A stretch of DNA of 9,049 nt, taken from positions 361,302 to 370,350 of the forward strand of contig CAID01000015.2 in the NCBI GenBank assembly GCA_000214015.2, in the 5' to 3' direction. Below the pieces are notes generated by a model, which saw only the letters and a program-made list of their open reading frames with translations, did no database searches and had not been told where the DNA came from. The translations under genes and the position numbers were made by a program. Shown here piece after piece: positions 6,722 through 9,049 of this stretch. Within the stretch, counting starts at the first letter, position 1. Every line of letters begins with the position of its first letter. The stretch is from Ostreococcus tauri. Lineage: Eukaryota.

Positions 6722-7033
6722 GAGACGCCCGTTGCCGTGCGCGCTAACTCGTAGGACGTGTTGTTAATTTGTAAGATATTTTAGCGAGTACGCAAGGGGA
6801 GACATGTCGTGTGAAAGGTACGAAGTTCACTACTACATTGCGTTATAGTGCACTTAACTTGGAAAAATCCAAGGGCACGCAAGCGCTCACTCAGTGGTCA
6901 CACTGTGTTTTTAAATGTCGACTTTTTTCGATCGAGAGCAGTGTAAGAATGTGTACATGTCCGAGCTAGTGATGATAAAATCAACTGATCCAACGGAAGG
7001 TCGTGAAATGTGGTGCGAGGGGTGGCGTTGTTC
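6722..7033. other. AT-richer convergent intergenic region that must hold the 3' UTR and polyadenylation regions of both D27-like (+) and the Myb gene (-).
   Basis: It lies between two facing stop codons (6719-6721 on the plus strand, 7034-7036 on the minus strand). It is visibly lower in GC than the rest of the window. I found no convincing ORF or structured-RNA signature in it. Confidence 0.5.
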
Positions 7034-8236
7034 CTAGTTCTCGGCGTTGGTAGCGGCGTATTGCTGCGCCAGGGCGATGACTGTCTCGTCCTTCGTCATC
7101 TTCGCAACTTCATGGACGAGCTCGCGGAATGGAATGTTGATGTGGTCAGTGACTTTGGCTGAGAGATAGTTCCATCGACGGCGAATCTGGCTCAGATTGC
7201 GTCCGTGTACCAAATTTTCCCAATCGATGGTTTCCGCAGCCTGCGTGTTCGATTCAATGAGGCCGACGAGCATTTCGCTGTCTTGTTTATTGTCCCATTC
7301 TCCAGTCTTCGTCATCTCCGGAGCGATCTGATACCATCGCTGCAAGCAGGCTTGCTCGTTGCGAGTGCCCAGCTTGGCGCTGATGTTGACCCAGTTGATG
7401 TTGTCTCGAAGCGTGAGGTGCTCGAACCCTTGCCCTGGACCAGCGCCAGGGCGCGTCCCTCGCTTCTCAAAGTGAGCTTCGACGAGTTTAACCAGTTTCT
7501 CAGTCTCTTCAGGGGACCAGTGACCGCTCTTCTTCTTTGGTCCACCCTTTGCGAGGCGCCACTTGTCGCGGCACGCCGGCGCCGGTCGACCGACAACTTT
7601 GGAAATCTTAGACCATTTCGGTCCGAGTTCGTCGTACATCTTCAGCAACAATTCGGTCTCTTCTTTGCTCCACTTCCCAGAGGCGGTGGACTTATCCATG
7701 TTTCGTAAGATCCAGCCGTATATCTGCTTTGCGTTTCTCGTCGGGAGCTCGCGGGCGAGCTCGATGAACGCGTGCCGCTCGCTCAGAGGCAAGTTGGCGC
7801 CGCGTCCGCCCTGCTTCTGTCGACGATGAAACAAAAAATCATACTTTTCGTTGATGAATTCCTCCGCAAAGCCGTGCTCGTTCGCCCATCGACCGACGAT
7901 TTCCTTCATCTTCGCCATCTCATCCGCGGCCCACGGGCCAAACTTTTGTCCCGGAAATTTCACGTCCCACTCCGAGGTATCCCCCCCCCCCCCGAACCCG
8001 TGCGTCGCCACCGAGGCATCGATCAACGCACGCCCCATGCCGTTCTCCGAGTCCGCGCGCACGATCGCCGGCCTCTCATCCACGCCGCCCATCCCGCGCC
8101 CGTCGCCCGCCCGCCCGTCGTCCCGCGTCCGTTTCCGCCCCCCCGTCCACGCGTCTCGCCGTTCCGTCGCCGCCGCGACGTCCGCGAGCACTCCCACGCG
8201 CGCGTTCTCGCCCACCGAATCCCGCGCGCGCGCCAT
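7034..8236 (-). CDS. Multi-Myb/SANT-repeat DNA-binding protein, REB1 / TTF-I / DMTF1 (cyclin-D-binding Myb-like) type, 400 aa from the first ATG.
   Basis: - The track start at 8536 is GTG. The first ATG is at 8236 (MARARDSVG..) and the TAG stop is at 7034-7036.
- Tandem Myb-like repeats with regularly spaced Trp:
  - WSKEETELLLKMYDELGPKWSKISKVVGRPAPACRDKWR
  - GHWSPEETEKLVKLVEAHF...NWVNISAKLGTRNEQACLQRWYQ
  - GEWDNKQDSEMLVGLIES...IDWENLVHGRNLSQIRRRWNYL
  - a degenerate first repeat (GPWAADEMAKMKEIVGRWANEHGF)
- The N-terminal ~80 aa are GC-rich and low-complexity. Confidence 0.8.
   Translation of the reverse strand: MARARDSVGENARVGVLADVAAATERRDAWTGGRKRTRDDGRAGDGRGMGGVDERPAIVRADSENGMGRALIDASVATHGFGGGGDTSEWDVKFPGQKFGPWAADEMAKMKEIVGRWANEHGFAEEFINEKYDFLFHRRQKQGGRGANLPLSERHAFIELARELPTRNAKQIYGWILRNMDKSTASGKWSKEETELLLKMYDELGPKWSKISKVVGRPAPACRDKWRLAKGGPKKKSGHWSPEETEKLVKLVEAHFEKRGTRPGAGPGQGFEHLTLRDNINWVNISAKLGTRNEQACLQRWYQIAPEMTKTGEWDNKQDSEMLVGLIESNTQAAETIDWENLVHGRNLSQIRRRWNYLSAKVTDHINIPFRELVHEVAKMTKDETVIALAQQYAATNAEN
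7981..7993 (-). repeat. 13-nt homopolymer (C13 on the plus strand, G13 on the coding strand) inside the Myb CDS, encoding GGGG within ..THGFGGGGDTSEW..
   Basis: Read directly: tat ccccccccccccc gaaccc. The ORF stays in frame only with exactly 13 (or 13 +/- 3n) residues. The run sits at the step from ~50% GC (below 7980) to over 70% GC (above 7994). Confidence 0.9.
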
Positions 8237-8506
8237 CGTCCCCCACGCCCGCGCGAACGAACACACGGGTGCGATCACGGAATGAAAATGCGTCGACGCG
8301 AATGCGACGATTCGCCTCGACCGATGAATCCGTCGCCGTCGTCGGTCTCTCGCGCGCGTTCGATCACCCGGTCCTCGCTCGAGCGCGTCGTCGCACGCGC
8401 GCGCGTGTACGTCTTCACGTCGCTCGATCGACGTCGACGCGCCGGGCACAGACGCGGCGGCGCGCTGAAGAGGATGTACACGCGCCGACCCCGTGGACGG
8501 GCGAGG

Positions 8507-8620
8507 GGGCCTGTACACGCGGGTTTTTTTGTACACACAGGGTCCTTCCCGTACACGCGGGTTTTTTTATGCCACCACGGGGCCCTTCCCGTACACGCGG
8601 GTTTTTTTATGCCACCACAG
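8507..8620 (+). repeat. 40-bp tandem repeat, about 2.8 copies. Each unit contains GTACACGCGGG followed by T7.
   Basis: Copy at 8541-8580 is ggtccttcccgtacacgcgggtttttttatgccaccacgg. Copy at 8581-8620 is ggcccttcccgtacacgcgggtttttttatgccaccacag. These share 38/40 identity. A degenerate copy at 8507-8540 reads gggcctgtacacgcgggtttttttgtacacacag. The array lies 270-385 nt upstream of the Myb ATG. Confidence 0.85.
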
Positions 8621-8643
8621 CCCGTCCATCGCGTCGCATAGGG

Positions 8644-8742
8644 GGGTCGTCACTCGTGAAGACATGTAGGGGTACACGACACGCGGGGTGTCTCTGGTCG
8701 TGGGTCGTCACTCGTGCCTGTGTGTATGGGTACACGACGCGG
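8644..8742 (+). repeat. Diverged tandem duplication with a 58-bp period, sharing the blocks gggtcgtcactcgtg and gggtacacgac.
   Basis: gggtcgtcactcgtg occurs at 8644-8658 and 8702-8716. gggtacacgac occurs at 8670-8680 and 8728-8738. Both pairs are offset by exactly 58 nt, and the sequence between the blocks has diverged. Confidence 0.7.
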
Positions 8743-9049
8743 CGTGCACGCGCGACGCGCGAGCGACCGACCGATGGGCGCTTGACCGGTGCGCGCGGTG
8801 TCTTCGGGCGAATGAAGTCGTTCGCGTGGGACCTAAGGGGTGTGCGTACTCACAAACGGATCGCGCGGATGGCGAGCGCAACGAGGACGCCGACCGCGTC
8901 GAGGCGAGCGCGTCGAGGCGGGGGTGGGCGCGCGCGCGTCGACGCGGGCGACATCCGCGCGGCGGCGACGGACGCGGCGTCGCCGTCCGTCACCCGGCGC
9001 GCGCGCTCGGGACGGCGATGAGGGAGACGACGCCGCGCGCGCGCGGTGA

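Noticed and set aside
6770-6946. TGTAA pentamers (6770-6774 and 6942-6946) as Chlamydomonas-type polyadenylation signals downstream of D27.
   Set aside because: A 5-mer is expected by chance in an AT-rich 300-bp spacer. I do not know that this lineage uses TGTAA, and no matching signal was seen downstream of the other four genes.
6966-6990. C/D-box snoRNA-like motifs (GTGATGA at about 6969-6975 followed by CTGA at about 6984-6987) in the D27/Myb 3' spacer.
   Set aside because: - Only about 9 nt separate the C-like and D-like boxes, which is too short for a guide.
- There is no second C'/D pair and no terminal stem that I could find.
- It most likely sits in the Myb 3' UTR by chance.
8551-8610. 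CGCGGGTTTTTTT, considered as an E2F-type site (TTTSSCGC).
   Set aside because: The orientation and sequence do not match. The element reads GCGGGTTT, not GCGGGAAA / TTTCCCGC, so there is no real match to the E2F consensus.
8507-8620. The 40-bp direct repeats, considered as a possible CRISPR array.
   Set aside because: The copies are directly adjacent with no spacers, number under three, and are embedded in a eukaryotic promoter context with no cas-like genes. This is a minisatellite-type tandem repeat.
7772-9021. Plus-strand ORFs 7772-8641 (289 aa) and 8269-9021 (250 aa) upstream of and antisense to the Myb gene.
   Set aside because: - The products are Arg/Pro-rich with no domain.
- They translate straight through the 40-bp tandem repeat, giving a duplicated ..VHAGFFMPP.. 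peptide.
- One is antisense to the Myb CDS.
- Composition artefact.
8850-9049. An edge-truncated open frame on the minus strand ending in TGA at 8850-8852 (..RMSPASTRARPPPPRRARLDAVGVLVALAIRAIRL*, a possible tail-anchor-like C-terminus). Competing plus-strand frames start at ATG 8812 or 8869.
   Set aside because: All three minus frames and at least one plus frame are open here, with similarly high GC3. There is no recognisable homology, and only about 200 nt are visible. I cannot decide strand or frame, so I make no feature call. The neighbouring upstream sequence is needed.

Overview
This window looks like gene-dense, almost intron-free eukaryotic nuclear DNA. By inference it best fits a GC-rich green picoalga of the Mamiellophyceae type (Ostreococcus/Micromonas-like): the genes are compact, one is a plastid-lineage D27 gene, and a TTTAGGG-type telomere motif is present. 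I did not recognise a prokaryotic operon, CRISPR array, defence system, mobile element, tRNA or rRNA.

Five protein-coding genes are confidently supported:
- DNAJC8-like J-protein (+, 139-966)
- PP4 regulatory subunit 3/SMEK (-, 1013-3847)
- DDRGK1/UFBP1 of the UFM1 pathway (-, 4904-5599)
- D27-family beta-carotene isomerase (+, 5828-6721)
- REB1/DMTF1-like multi-Myb protein (-, 7034-8236)

Several ORF-track 'M' starts are really GTG/TTG codons, so I re-anchored those genes on the first ATG. All long Arg/Ser/Ala-rich ORFs antisense to these genes are treated as GC-composition artefacts.

I found no convincing new biological system. The leads worth checking are:
- a possible unannotated three-exon, 67-aa gene in the ~1-kb gap between PPP4R3 and DDRGK1, whose last exon the ORF track misses
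- a 22-bp tandem duplication carrying 11 nt of perfect telomere repeat inside the 228-bp DDRGK1/D27 bidirectional promoter
- 40-bp and 58-bp tandem repeats giving seven same-strand GTACAC motifs upstream of the Myb gene
- a 13-nt G homopolymer inside the Myb CDS, exactly at a GC-composition step
- a G12 + G-quadruplex + triplet-repeat leader in front of DNAJC8
- a sharp ~50% / ~70-80% GC mosaic
- marked over-representation of the palindrome CGTCGACG, confined to the GC-rich blocks
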